This document shows positions 21,630 to 31,834 of a stretch of 64,000 nucleotides of DNA, in pieces. Origin of the DNA: Candidatus Omnitrophota bacterium (GTDB lineage Bacteria; Omnitrophota; Gorgyraeia; Gygaellales; UBA12090). The stretch's first letter is position 1. The number at the start of each line of letters is the position of its first letter. The stretch lies in NCBI GenBank assembly GCA_030674475.1, contig JAUSCZ010000017.1, forward strand, positions 46,264 to 110,263. Direction: 5' to 3'. The notes under the pieces were generated by a model. The model did no database searches and had not been told where the DNA came from. It saw nothing but the letters and a program-made list of their open reading frames with translations. Position numbers and translations under genes: made by a program.

Positions 21630-22775
21630 CTACCTCACTTTGATTATTGCTTCTTTAAGACATTTAACCATATACTCCATATCTTCCGCGTTTAAATGCG
21701 GCCCGACAGAAAGAGCGATAGAACTGTTACTAATTATAGAAGCCACAGGGAAACTATTCTTTTTGTAACCATATTTATTTTTATAATATGTAAAATGAGG
21801 AACCGGCTTAGGATAATAAACACTGGTGCCTATACCCCGCTCTTTAAGATAACTGACAATCTCAAAACGTTTTTTAGATATGCTATTTCTTAAAATAACG
21901 GACAGGCAATAGTAGCTGCTTTGATAATCGCCTCCCGAGGACTTTAAGAGGGATAGCTCATCCATATCTTTAAGGCCGTTACTCAATAATTCGTAATTTT
22001 CTTTTCTTATTTTTAAAAACCCGTTGACGCGCTTTAATTGTTCAATACCTAAAGCTGCCTGCAGCTCATTCATTCTATAATTAAAGCCCAGCATATCTAC
22101 GTCGTATATGCCGGGGGTTTTTCTTTCACCCACATGCCTGTCTACGCCGAATGCTTTCTGCCTTAATATCTTTCGCGCTATTTTTTTATGCTTGGTAAGC
22201 AGCATGCCTCCTTCGCAGGTGGTAAAGTGCTTAACCGGATAGAATGAAAAACACCCCACATCTCCGTGTAAACCGGCATGCCGGCCTTTAAAATAAGTAC
22301 CTACCGCCAAAGCGCAATCTTCCACGACGAAAAGATTATGTTTTGCGGCAATTTTATTAATCCTTTGCATATCTACCGGCATACCCAAGAAATGAACAAT
22401 CGAAATAGCCCGGGTGCGCCTGTTGATATTTTTCTCTATCTGGTTTATATCTATATTACCGGTTCTTTCTTCGGCATCTATAAATACGGGTTTAGCCCCG
22501 CAGAATTCTACGGCATGCGCAGTCGCCACATGCGTCTGCGCGGGGACAATTACTTCTTCTTTCGGCTTAAGACCAAGATAGAAATAAGATAAGTGCAGTG
22601 CCGCGGTGCAAGATGAAACCGAAACAGCGTATCCGCCGCCGGTGAAATTTGTAAATTTCTCCTCAAATTCTTCCGCGCGGGGCCCATGCACAAGAATACT
22701 ACCGCTTAGGACTTCTAAAACCGCTTTTTTTTCTTCTTCTTTAATAATAGGCCTGCCAAAAGGTATTGTTCTCAC
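21630..22775 (-). CDS. DegT/DnrJ/EryC1 PLP aminotransferase
   Basis: SSCTAALH, VVEDCA, FSFYPVKHFTTCEGGM, GFNYRM. Confidence 0.93.
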   Translation of the reverse strand: MRTIPFGRPIIKEEEKKAVLEVLSGSILVHGPRAEEFEEKFTNFTGGGYAVSVSSCTAALHLSYFYLGLKPKEEVIVPAQTHVATAHAVEFCGAKPVFIDAEERTGNIDINQIEKNINRRTRAISIVHFLGMPVDMQRINKIAAKHNLFVVEDCALAVGTYFKGRHAGLHGDVGCFSFYPVKHFTTCEGGMLLTKHKKIARKILRQKAFGVDRHVGERKTPGIYDVDMLGFNYRMNELQAALGIEQLKRVNGFLKIRKENYELLSNGLKDMDELSLLKSSGGDYQSSYYCLSVILRNSISKKRFEIVSYLKERGIGTSVYYPKPVPHFTYYKNKYGYKKNSFPVASIISNSSIALSVGPHLNAEDMEYMVKCLKEAIIKVR

Positions 22776-23788
22776 TTATTAACCTCCTGAATATATTCTA
22801 CTTTAACTTTATTTTTTTCCCCGGCCGCTTTTTCTATGGCAAAACAAACTGACATAGCATCAAAAACTTCCTGATAGGGTATAGCTCCGGTACTTTTGTT
22901 TATAATTCCGTCAATAAAGTCATAAATTAACGCTCCTTTATGGACCCCGGGATAGTCTTCATAAATCTTTTCCGGCTGTCGATCGGCGTCTCGCGACTCA
23001 AAATATAATCCACACTCCAGGCCATTGACAAATGTCCCCTTAGTGCCATAAACCGATAAAGAATGAAAATGCGGAGAAACACACCCCATATTCACCGCCA
23101 ATTTTCCTACAATGCCATTTTCAAAGCGCAAGATAGAAACAACCATATCGTTATATTTAAAAAAACCGCTTGAAGAAATATTATTGCCGTACGCGGTAAC
23201 CTCTATTATTTTTTGTCCCGTAAGCCATAAAAGTAAATCTATTATATGTATGCCGCCGCCATAAACCACGGAATAAAAATCTAATTTTCCGCGCCATCCA
23301 TGCGTTATCTTATTTAACCGTCCATAATTATAATCTCCTTCGACATAAAATATGCCGCCCAGTTTTCCATTTTCAATTAATTTTTTTAAATAAATAAACC
23401 TGGGGCATTTACGCAATATTAAATTCGAAGAAAGTTTCAAATCTACCCTGCTTCTTAAGAGAGAATAGATATGCCTGGCTTCTTCTTCATAAAGACAAAG
23501 AGGTTTTTCCACAAAAACATGCTTATTATTTTTAATCGCCTGGATAATCTGCGGATAATGGTAGTTATCATAGGAAGCTACTGAAACTACGTTAATTTCT
23601 GGGTCATTTAATATATCATCCGGGTTATCGGTAAGCCTTATCCGCGGGTATTTCTTACGGGCTTCTTTTAATTTTTCTTCCGATAAATCACATAAAGCGA
23701 TAACCTGGCATCCGGGATGGCTCTGATATCCGGCCATATGCTGCTCCCCTACCCCCAACCCTATAATTCCGGCTTTTAATTGTTTCAT
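22772..23788 (-). CDS. Gfo/Idh/MocA oxidoreductase
   Basis: GIIGLG, KHVFVEKP, GGIHIIDL. Confidence 0.92.
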   Translation of the reverse strand: MKQLKAGIIGLGVGEQHMAGYQSHPGCQVIALCDLSEEKLKEARKKYPRIRLTDNPDDILNDPEINVVSVASYDNYHYPQIIQAIKNNKHVFVEKPLCLYEEEARHIYSLLRSRVDLKLSSNLILRKCPRFIYLKKLIENGKLGGIFYVEGDYNYGRLNKITHGWRGKLDFYSVVYGGGIHIIDLLLWLTGQKIIEVTAYGNNISSSGFFKYNDMVVSILRFENGIVGKLAVNMGCVSPHFHSLSVYGTKGTFVNGLECGLYFESRDADRQPEKIYEDYPGVHKGALIYDFIDGIINKSTGAIPYQEVFDAMSVCFAIEKAAGEKNKVKVEYIQEVNK

Positions 23789-23796
23789 TTTATCAA

Positions 23797-24495
23797 TTAG
23801 GCTGGCTGCCTATCAGCTATATCCTTATATATTCTAATAAGTCCTTTAAGGCCGCAGCTCCAATGCGGCTTATCCATATGGCGCACAATCGATGTTATTC
23901 TATCCATGTCAGCCTTCGTATCTACGCATAATCTTATCAAATGATAATCCTCTGATGATATGAGATTAAATATCTTATAATTATTTTGATTTAGATAAAA
24001 AAATCGCGTGACATGCTCGAAGTCCTCCAACTCTTTCATTTCTTCATACCCTTTCAGGAAAATATCCGATTTTAAAAGCTCAACAGACTGACCCTTAGGA
24101 TATGTGCGCTTTAGTACGTTTGTTACAATGTCAAAATCTCCACCTTTAAAAATATCTATTGCCTCGTTTATCAGGCAGGGATCAAGCAAAGGACTATCCG
24201 CGGATAACCTTAAAAAAGCGTCAAAATTATACATGCCTAACACCTCTTTAAATCTTGAAGCAACATTAGTAAGGTGCCCGCGATAAAATGTTATCCCCAG
24301 CCCTTTGCAGAATTCAACTATTGAATTATCATTTTTCTCATCAGACGTAGCTACTACTATATTATCCAAGTACTTGCATTGCCTTATCCGTTCAATCATA
24401 TATTCTAACATCGGCTTGCCGCAAATAGTGCTTAGGACTTTGCCGGGAAGCCTTCGTGAGCCCATCCTTGCCTGAATAACCGCGCCTATATTCAT
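23797..24495 (-). CDS. SpsF-like acylneuraminate cytidylyltransferase
   Basis: IQARMGSRRLPGKVL, VVATS, DSPLLDP, EHVT, RLCVDT. Confidence 0.9.
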   Translation of the reverse strand: MNIGAVIQARMGSRRLPGKVLSTICGKPMLEYMIERIRQCKYLDNIVVATSDEKNDNSIVEFCKGLGITFYRGHLTNVASRFKEVLGMYNFDAFLRLSADSPLLDPCLINEAIDIFKGGDFDIVTNVLKRTYPKGQSVELLKSDIFLKGYEEMKELEDFEHVTRFFYLNQNNYKIFNLISSEDYHLIRLCVDTKADMDRITSIVRHMDKPHWSCGLKGLIRIYKDIADRQPA

Positions 24496-26786
24496 AGTTT
24501 AAATAATACCCTAAAGATAAAACCTTCAAATTTAAACCTATCCGCGTAATTTTCAGGACGGACATAAAGCGCGGTATCGCGAACAATATTTAAAAAATAA
24601 AATAACTTTTCATCTGATTTAACCAAAGAAAGCCCGCCCAAGAAAGAACTTAACTCAGAAAAATCATTTTCCAGAAATCTAATCTTTGAAAACCAATACT
24701 TGCTCTCATCTATATTTCCGGAGAGATTTTTCAAAAATGATAAATAGAACAGACACTCCATATATTCACCTATCTCTTTATTCATCATTTGGGTAATATA
24801 GATAATCCGCGGATGTTCCACAAGGTTATATTCGTTACGATAATATAGAGATAGCTCGCGCACCCAATCATTTAAATCCCTTGCGCCTGTAATCCAAAAA
24901 AGGTCGTCTAATTGTAGATTCCCCAATATAAAATTTAGCAGGTACGGCCTCTGGGATGCCGCGCGGGTTAGTAATTTTTCCGCTTCTTCGTATTTTCCAA
25001 GCCTTAAATTTTCTCGGCCAGAATAAAAATCAATTAAAAAACGGCTTCCCGGCTCTCCTTCGCGGTTAAATACCTCGTAATCTTTAAAACCATAAGTTAA
25101 GTTATTTAACTTATGGGCATCTGCCGGCTGGCCTACCACCACATCCAGAAAGCGCTTATTAAACCTTTGCTTAAAGACAAAATTGATATTATCATTATAC
25201 CGATCAGCCGCGGAAAAACTTCCTTGATTGGTGAAAACAATAGGATTAATATTGTATAAATTTATGGTTTGCGCAAAATTATTGAGTTTGTATTTACTAC
25301 TGATGTCTTCTCTTACCGTATCCGCAATCTTTATATAGTCATATATATAAAAATTATTAGCTGTCTTGCCTCTATATAATGCTATCTTTATTGCCGCCAG
25401 GTTAGGCATTAAAAGGCCCGCGAATATTAATATCATAATAAAATTTATGAAGGCCTTGGGCCTAAATAAAGTTGTAATTTTTGCATAAAGGTAGTCAAAT
25501 ACCGAACAAAAGATAAGGCAAAAAAGCGCGGATAGATATACAAAGTATCTGGACGCGGTGGGATTCCATAAATAAAGATATATCAAGCTAAATATATACC
25601 AGGTAACTAACACCGCATTCTGCCTTTGCTTCAAAATATATGCCTTGGCGAATATGAACGCCATGAATAAAAATAGCAAAATACTGAAAACACTAAACCC
25701 CGCGGGAATAAAATGATATGGACGGAACGAATCAATAGACATTGCCGACTGCAAGGGGAATAAAAAGCTATTAAGCATACCCATAAATGGCACAATAAAA
25801 TTGTAAGGAATCAAAATCTTTCCAAAATTACCTGAAGCTATAGCCAGCATTACCGCTAAAAAAACCGTTGTCAAAAAAAGTAGCTTTGCCCTATCGCTAA
25901 GCATGGGCCTTTTTTGATGCCTTAAAAACAGTCTTAACAGAAAAATAAACAGAATCCCTATGGATAATAATATAAAGAAATTTATTATAAGGTTGTTATT
26001 GCCGAAATTAATAAATGTTATTCCCTTGCTGTTTAAAATTGAAAAAACCGGCCGTAAAAAAGAACCAAATCTTACATCGCCGCTTACTATCCTCAGTAAA
26101 GGATAAAAGAGGTAAATAAAAAATAGCGGAAGCCAAATATCGTATTTTCTAAGCATATCTTTGCGGTCTTTTGAACAAACTAAAATATGCGTCATTATCA
26201 TCGCGGGCAATATTAATATACTTAGCCGGCAGAAAGACGATAATAACGCTACCAATAAAGTCAGAAAGAAAAAGCCATGATATTTCTGTTGGGAAGAAAT
26301 TAAATTATTGGTTTTTAAATAAAATATTAATCCTGAAAGTATAAAAAAAACTACTATGAGATGCTGAAAAGCCATAGGCCACATATACGCATGAAAATGC
26401 GCAAAGAGCATAAGATACATCAAAGATGAAAGAAAGCTGACCCTGGAATTTAGTCCGAGATTTTTTGCCAAAAAATACAACAAAATAGAACAAGAAATAT
26501 GGAATAACATAGCCAGATAAATAAAACTTTTAGCTAAAGGACCGAATAAAAACAAGGTAACCAGCGTATAAATCTTTACGTCGGGAATCTCAAACCATAG
26601 ATGCAGAGGGTTTAAAACATACCAGGCTAATTTCACTAAAGAAAACCCTTCCGTATCTCTGAACAAAACCGGGATAAACCACAAAAGATCCTGCTCAAAA
26701 ACACTCCCTTTTATTTCATTACGAAGTATGATTAAGAATAAAAGTAAAAATACGCAATAAATTCCCAGACGTAATATTTTCGTCAT
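24492..26786 (-). CDS. Large polytopic membrane protein, possible GT-C, with C-terminal helical/TPR-like domain
   Basis: About 13 TM segments; DLLWF loop; SRYFVY; soluble C-terminal part (YEEAEKLL). Confidence 0.6.
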   Translation of the reverse strand: MTKILRLGIYCVFLLLFLIILRNEIKGSVFEQDLLWFIPVLFRDTEGFSLVKLAWYVLNPLHLWFEIPDVKIYTLVTLFLFGPLAKSFIYLAMLFHISCSILLYFLAKNLGLNSRVSFLSSLMYLMLFAHFHAYMWPMAFQHLIVVFFILSGLIFYLKTNNLISSQQKYHGFFFLTLLVALLSSFCRLSILILPAMIMTHILVCSKDRKDMLRKYDIWLPLFFIYLFYPLLRIVSGDVRFGSFLRPVFSILNSKGITFINFGNNNLIINFFILLSIGILFIFLLRLFLRHQKRPMLSDRAKLLFLTTVFLAVMLAIASGNFGKILIPYNFIVPFMGMLNSFLFPLQSAMSIDSFRPYHFIPAGFSVFSILLFLFMAFIFAKAYILKQRQNAVLVTWYIFSLIYLYLWNPTASRYFVYLSALFCLIFCSVFDYLYAKITTLFRPKAFINFIMILIFAGLLMPNLAAIKIALYRGKTANNFYIYDYIKIADTVREDISSKYKLNNFAQTINLYNINPIVFTNQGSFSAADRYNDNINFVFKQRFNKRFLDVVVGQPADAHKLNNLTYGFKDYEVFNREGEPGSRFLIDFYSGRENLRLGKYEEAEKLLTRAASQRPYLLNFILGNLQLDDLFWITGARDLNDWVRELSLYYRNEYNLVEHPRIIYITQMMNKEIGEYMECLFYLSFLKNLSGNIDESKYWFSKIRFLENDFSELSSFLGGLSLVKSDEKLFYFLNIVRDTALYVRPENYADRFKFEGFIFRVLFKL

Positions 26787-28000
26787 AATTTATACTTGGC
26801 GCAGAAATCCGATACTACATTAAGTATGTAATCCAACTCTTTTTCTCCCATATCTTGATGTATGCCTATATGCAAGCCATTATTGCCTATATATTCGGCA
26901 TTGGGAAATTGGCCTAACTTATAGCCTAAATATTCAAAGCCGGGGCATTGGGTAGGCATGGATAAAAATAAATTACGAGTATCTACGCCGTTTTCTTCCA
27001 AATATGAGACCAAATCATCTCTGCTAAATTTATTTTTTTCACCCAGAACAATCGGAAAGGCATGTGGGCCTATCTTTTCATGGGCTTCTTCTTTAATAGT
27101 ATATAAATACGGCTCAAACTCTTTAAATTTGTCCAACATATATAATAAATTATTGCGTCTTTTTTCTAAAATCTTATAATATATTTCTATATTCCCTAAC
27201 CCGATAGCCGCCTCCAATTCGTTCATCTTGCTGGAAAAACCGATACGCTCAAAAACAAAACGTATATCCTTATCTTTATCTTTGCCGTATTTAAACCTCT
27301 TATCACAATAGCCGGAATTAATATTGAGTATACAACTTTCACACTTGCAAGCCCTTCCATGCGCCCTTAAAGACCTCAAAACCTCGGCAAAATCAGCTTT
27401 GTCCGTAACCACCATACCGCCTTCGACAGTTGTAATCATATGTGCTACGTAGAGACTAAATGCCGCCATATCGCCTAAAGTGCCGATATTCTTGCCCCGA
27501 TAAACTGCCCCGTATGCCTCTGCCGCATCCTCTATAACGAAAAGTTTATGTTTTTTAGCAATGTCATTTATTGTATCCATCTCCGCCGGTTTACCCATAA
27601 GATGGACAGGCATTATAGCGCGCGTCTGTTTAGTAATTGCTTTTTCAATCCGGGAAACATCGATATTTAAAGTATGCCTTTCCACATCTACAAATATCGG
27701 CTTAAAACCGGCCTGCAGGACAGCGTTGCCTGTCGCCACAAAAGATAAAGCGGGCACTATTATTTCATCACCCCTTTTCGCTCCATAATCATAGAGAACG
27801 GCCAATGCTAACGCATCCGCATCTGTGCCGCTGCTTACCGATACCGCTTCTTGCGCGTCTATAAGTTTAGCAAATTTTTCCTCAAATTTACGCACGTATT
27901 TTCCGCTGGAAACCCTTTCAGAATCTAATATTTCTCCAATCAGTTTTTTTGAATATTCAGTGATAGCTATGGTTCCAAATGGAATTCTCATTTTCTGCAT
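26783..28000 (-). CDS. DegT-family aminotransferase/dehydratase (RfbH/ColD-like, His at the usual Lys position)
   Basis: PVHLMG, IEDAAEA, FSLYVAHMITTVEGG, HGRACKC. Start moved to ATG 28000. Confidence 0.88.
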   Translation of the reverse strand: MQKMRIPFGTIAITEYSKKLIGEILDSERVSSGKYVRKFEEKFAKLIDAQEAVSVSSGTDADALALAVLYDYGAKRGDEIIVPALSFVATGNAVLQAGFKPIFVDVERHTLNIDVSRIEKAITKQTRAIMPVHLMGKPAEMDTINDIAKKHKLFVIEDAAEAYGAVYRGKNIGTLGDMAAFSLYVAHMITTVEGGMVVTDKADFAEVLRSLRAHGRACKCESCILNINSGYCDKRFKYGKDKDKDIRFVFERIGFSSKMNELEAAIGLGNIEIYYKILEKRRNNLLYMLDKFKEFEPYLYTIKEEAHEKIGPHAFPIVLGEKNKFSRDDLVSYLEENGVDTRNLFLSMPTQCPGFEYLGYKLGQFPNAEYIGNNGLHIGIHQDMGEKELDYILNVVSDFCAKYKL

Positions 28001-28090
28001 GACTCTTTTGCCCCTTTCCTCTCCAGCCATCTCAAAATTTTGTTTACTAAGCCCTTCTCGGGGTTTGCTCCGCATCTACTTTTTCTTTGC

Positions 28091-29101
28091 TCATAAACCT
28101 ATCTCCCGCAATCTTGCCGCCTTCTTGGCCTCTTTCCTCCAGTATGAAAGCAAAAAATCCAAAGTCTCATCTATATCATAATTCTGCTTCCAGCCGGTCT
28201 GTAGTTTGAATTTCTCCACACAAGGGACCTGCAAAGTAACATCCGCCGGCCTCAAAAGAACAGGATCACAGCGGGTAGGGATTGTTTTTTTGCTCATTGC
28301 AATAAGTTTTTTAAGAAAATCTCCTACGGTTATAGTAGCGGTACCGCCTATATTATAAACCTCCCCGTATTTACAATGAATTATTGCCTGCCAATACGCG
28401 GCTACGGCATCGCGCACATCAATGATGGTGCGGACAGAATCAAGGTTGCCATGCACTAACTCTTTCGATAGACCCTGCTCTATCCAGGCAATTTGTTTAG
28501 CAAAAGAAGTGGCAAAAAGATCGGTCCTTCTTGGATTAATATAAGTAAACATGCGCGTGCGAATAATGCGCATACTATAACTTCTAAAATAACTAAAACC
28601 CAATAAGTCCTGCGCTGTTTTAGAAACAGCATACGGGCTTACAGGGTTCAACGGCGTATCTTCTCTAATAGGAACATATTTGGGGTCAACTTGGCCATAA
28701 ACTTCTGAAGTGCTGCAAAGCTGTATCGCAGGGTCAATTTTAGCAAGCCTTATAGCTTCAAAAAGATTAACCGTACCTAAAATGTTATTGCTTAAAAAAC
28801 TGTGCGGGCTGATAAAAGATGTGCGCACATTAGCGTATGCTGCCAAATGAAACACCACCTCCGGCCTTACATCCGCTATGACCGCAAAAGTCGAACCAAA
28901 ATCCATAAGATCGGCTTCATGTACGCTAATTTTACCAGTAATCTCTTTTATGTTGTCGTTCTGTGTGGTGCTGTGCCAACGTGAGATCCCATGAACTTCA
29001 ATCTCAGGGAAATTTTGCAGAATATATTCTGCCAAGTAACTTGCGCCTGAGCCAGAAATTCCCGTGATTAAAACTTTAGAAATTTTTATATTAGAAACCA
29101 T
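28091..29101 (-). CDS. GDP-mannose/GDP-heptose 4,6-dehydratase-like SDR
   Basis: ITGISGSGASYLAE, FHLAA, STSEVYG, SPYAVSK, GNLDSVR, LLRPADV. Confidence 0.88.
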   Translation of the reverse strand: MVSNIKISKVLITGISGSGASYLAEYILQNFPEIEVHGISRWHSTTQNDNIKEITGKISVHEADLMDFGSTFAVIADVRPEVVFHLAAYANVRTSFISPHSFLSNNILGTVNLFEAIRLAKIDPAIQLCSTSEVYGQVDPKYVPIREDTPLNPVSPYAVSKTAQDLLGFSYFRSYSMRIIRTRMFTYINPRRTDLFATSFAKQIAWIEQGLSKELVHGNLDSVRTIIDVRDAVAAYWQAIIHCKYGEVYNIGGTATITVGDFLKKLIAMSKKTIPTRCDPVLLRPADVTLQVPCVEKFKLQTGWKQNYDIDETLDFLLSYWRKEAKKAARLREIGL

Positions 29102-29135
29102 TCTATATATTCTTATCGAAAATACATGTTGATTG

Positions 29136-29849
29136 TTAACTACTTTTACGCCAAAAGAACAATTCCCTTAACACCTCAAAAAGATAAGCGCTGCCCCACT
29201 GTATAACTTTTAACTTTCTTTCCCCGCCTATACGCACTGGTTCATCGCCAGGAATATCAGCGCATTTTAATTTTAACTTTGCCGCCCTTACTGACAATAA
29301 AGGCTCAACGCCAACTTTAGTATGGAACAATTTTTCTTCTACTCGGTAGCTTTCTTCTTTATCTAAATCTAACTCTTTAAAAATTTCTGTCTTCCAGGCG
29401 CGAAACATAACCAAAGAATCTGTGTATTTTGAACCGTAAAAGAAATTTATCAAAGAAGTGAACATTTTATTACCAAAAGCAGTAACACAATCATCATCAT
29501 AACTTTTTGCGCCCTTCGCATATCTGGATACTATAACCATATCATATCCTTCTTTCATCTTAGCGACTAAAGGAGGCATGCGTTCAGGTATAGAGTTGCC
29601 ATCCGGGCTAAAAGTAATTACTATGTCTCCCTCAATGTAAGGCAAAATCTCAATATAGGCATAACGCAAACCCTTATTTTCTTGGGAAAATAACAGATAA
29701 CCTTTTTGTTTACAATACTCAATTGTGCCATCGGTTGATCCGCCATCAACAATCAAGAGCTGGTCATACCAATTATTTTCTATGCGAGGCATAATCTCTT
29801 TCAGGCCGCTTAATTCGTTAAGCGTGAGAATCAGCAATGTCACTTTCAA
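29136..29849 (-). CDS. GT2 glycosyltransferase
   Basis: TLNE, VDGGSTDGT, FSPDGN, DMVIVSRY; AGGAGG RBS upstream of TTG. Confidence 0.88.
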   Translation of the reverse strand: MKVTLLILTLNELSGLKEIMPRIENNWYDQLLIVDGGSTDGTIEYCKQKGYLLFSQENKGLRYAYIEILPYIEGDIVITFSPDGNSIPERMPPLVAKMKEGYDMVIVSRYAKGAKSYDDDCVTAFGNKMFTSLINFFYGSKYTDSLVMFRAWKTEIFKELDLDKEESYRVEEKLFHTKVGVEPLLSVRAAKLKLKCADIPGDEPVRIGGERKLKVIQWGSAYLFEVLRELFFWRKSS

Positions 29850-29879
29850 ATTGCACCTCCTCGTAGCATACGTTTTCCC

Positions 29880-29972
29880 TCATAAAATTGTTTTTGACGA
29901 CCTCAATAGTGTACTATCGCCGGAAAAATAAGCTTTGCCGCCGGTAATCATAAAAACAGTATTTTTCAACAA
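29880..29972 (-). pseudogene. Possible remnant of an SDR/epimerase N-terminus
   Basis: Hand translation LLKNTVFMITGGKAYFSG... resembles a Rossmann start and stops after 30 codons. Confidence 0.4.
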
Positions 29973-29974
29973 TC

Positions 29975-31108
29975 TCACTTTATAAGATTTCCAACAAGCC
30001 CTGTCGAGTATTTAGCAATTGCGAGAGAAGAAGTTAATCCTGGAGATTCTATTCCTATTAAATTTATAAAACCTGTCAATCCTTTATCCGTTTCTTCTTG
30101 TATAATAAAATCCCTAAAATCCTCACCTTCTCTTTGAAGTTTTGGTCTAATACCAGCAATATCCTCGTAAAGATCGTCTTTATTTATAAAAGGAAGCAGC
30201 CTATTAGCCGCAGAGTAGAAATTATTTTTCTGAGAGCTATCCACAGAATAATCCTTATTTCTATTGTTTAGGTATTTCTCATCAGGCCCAAGGCGCAAAC
30301 TTCCACACAGATCCAAAGTAGCATGCACTCCTAAACCAGCGCTTTTTGGCTTGGGGACAGGGTATACTAATCTTTTAATGAAATGGCTTTTTGAGTGATT
30401 AACTCTGAAATACTGCCCTTTACAATAATGAAGCCTATAGTTAAAATGCTCTATATCTATACCCCCCATCTCAGCAATACGATCAGAATCCAATCCTGCG
30501 CTATTTATCACAACCTTTGTATTCAAAAATATGGTTTCATTGTTATTTCTAACCATTACAATATACCCGTAAACGTTCTTTTTGATATCAATTACTTCAG
30601 AAACATAAGACATTATCGCGCCGTTGTTTTGAGCAGTATCTTGAAAAAGTTGCATTAATTTATGAGAATTAATAATGCCGGTTGATGGAGAATGAAGCGC
30701 TGCCACTCCATTTACGCTTGGTTCAATTTTTTTTAAATCAGCCGCATCTATCAGCCGCAAATCATCAACGCCGTTATCTTTGCCTCTTTGAAACAACTCT
30801 TCAAGCGCGGGGATTTCATCTTTTTCACTGGCAACAATCAATTTACCGATTTTCTTAAAGGGTATATTGTTCTTCTGGCAGATTTCATACAATAATGATC
30901 TGCCTTCTACACACATTTTTGCTTTTAAAGTATCTTTAGGATAATAGATGCCCGCATGGATTACTTCGCTGTTACGACTACTTGTTTCTTGACCAAAACT
31001 ATTATGTCTTTCTATGACAACGATTCCTTTGTATTTCTTTGATAATTCCGCGGCTATGGCCAATCCGATTACCCCGGCGCCAATAATCAAAATATCAGCT
31101 TCATCCAT
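29975..31108 (-). CDS. FAD-dependent oxidoreductase (L-2-hydroxyglutarate oxidase-like)
   Basis: IIGAGVIG, ETSSRNSEVIHAGIYY, KGQYF, GLGVHAT, GIRPKL, GIESPGLT. Confidence 0.9.
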   Translation of the reverse strand: MDEADILIIGAGVIGLAIAAELSKKYKGIVVIERHNSFGQETSSRNSEVIHAGIYYPKDTLKAKMCVEGRSLLYEICQKNNIPFKKIGKLIVASEKDEIPALEELFQRGKDNGVDDLRLIDAADLKKIEPSVNGVAALHSPSTGIINSHKLMQLFQDTAQNNGAIMSYVSEVIDIKKNVYGYIVMVRNNNETIFLNTKVVINSAGLDSDRIAEMGGIDIEHFNYRLHYCKGQYFRVNHSKSHFIKRLVYPVPKPKSAGLGVHATLDLCGSLRLGPDEKYLNNRNKDYSVDSSQKNNFYSAANRLLPFINKDDLYEDIAGIRPKLQREGEDFRDFIIQEETDKGLTGFINLIGIESPGLTSSLAIAKYSTGLVGNLIK

Positions 31109-31112
31109 GCTT

Positions 31113-31832
31113 TTATTTACCTTTTAGAAATATCTTTTTTGCCTTAATGTAGCGTTCTGGAGTACCAATATCGATAAACAAGCCGGAAACCGGATAGCCA
31201 AAAATGCGATTAGAGACCATCTCCGGGAAAAAATTTCGTTCCAAAGAAAACTTCGCTTGCCTGGGCATCATACCGAATATCTTCTTATCAAAAATGTATA
31301 CCCCAGCATTTATCAGGCACTTTTTTGCCGAAATGTTCTTTTCCCGAAAATTAAGTATGCGCGAAGACCTGTCTATTTCAATCTCCCCATATTCTTTACC
31401 GCTAGCTACCTGCCGCAATAGAATCGAAACCGGGGATCTATTTTTCTTATGGAATTTCAGAAAAAGCCGCGGATTAAACTTGCATAACGAATCTCCGTTT
31501 AAAACAAAAAAAGGATTACTTTTAATTAACCCTTTCGCGTTCTTAACTGCTCCCCCGGTATCAAGCGGCCTTTCCTCGCGCGAAAAGCGTATGTCCAAAC
31601 CCGGGAATCTTCCGGAAGAATAATAATCCTTAATGATACCCGCCCGATATCCTGTACCCAGAATAAACCGCCTGAATCCAAAACCAGCAATATACTTGAT
31701 GAGCAGGTCAAGGAAAACATAATCGCCGATTTTAACCATCGGCTTAGGAGTGCCACCGGAAACCTTCCGTAACCTCTTCCCTATCCCTCCACAGAGTATA
31801 AAAACATCTATGTCTTTAAGAGTGCCATACAT
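31113..31832 (-). CDS. hddC: D-glycero-D-manno-heptose 1-phosphate guanylyltransferase-like
   Basis: LCGGIGKRL, PKPM, PLDTGGA, LNGDS, FIDIGTPE; adjacent to hddA. Confidence 0.8.
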   Translation of the reverse strand: MYGTLKDIDVFILCGGIGKRLRKVSGGTPKPMVKIGDYVFLDLLIKYIAGFGFRRFILGTGYRAGIIKDYYSSGRFPGLDIRFSREERPLDTGGAVKNAKGLIKSNPFFVLNGDSLCKFNPRLFLKFHKKNRSPVSILLRQVASGKEYGEIEIDRSSRILNFREKNISAKKCLINAGVYIFDKKIFGMMPRQAKFSLERNFFPEMVSNRIFGYPVSGLFIDIGTPERYIKAKKIFLKGK

Positions 31833-31834
31833 CT

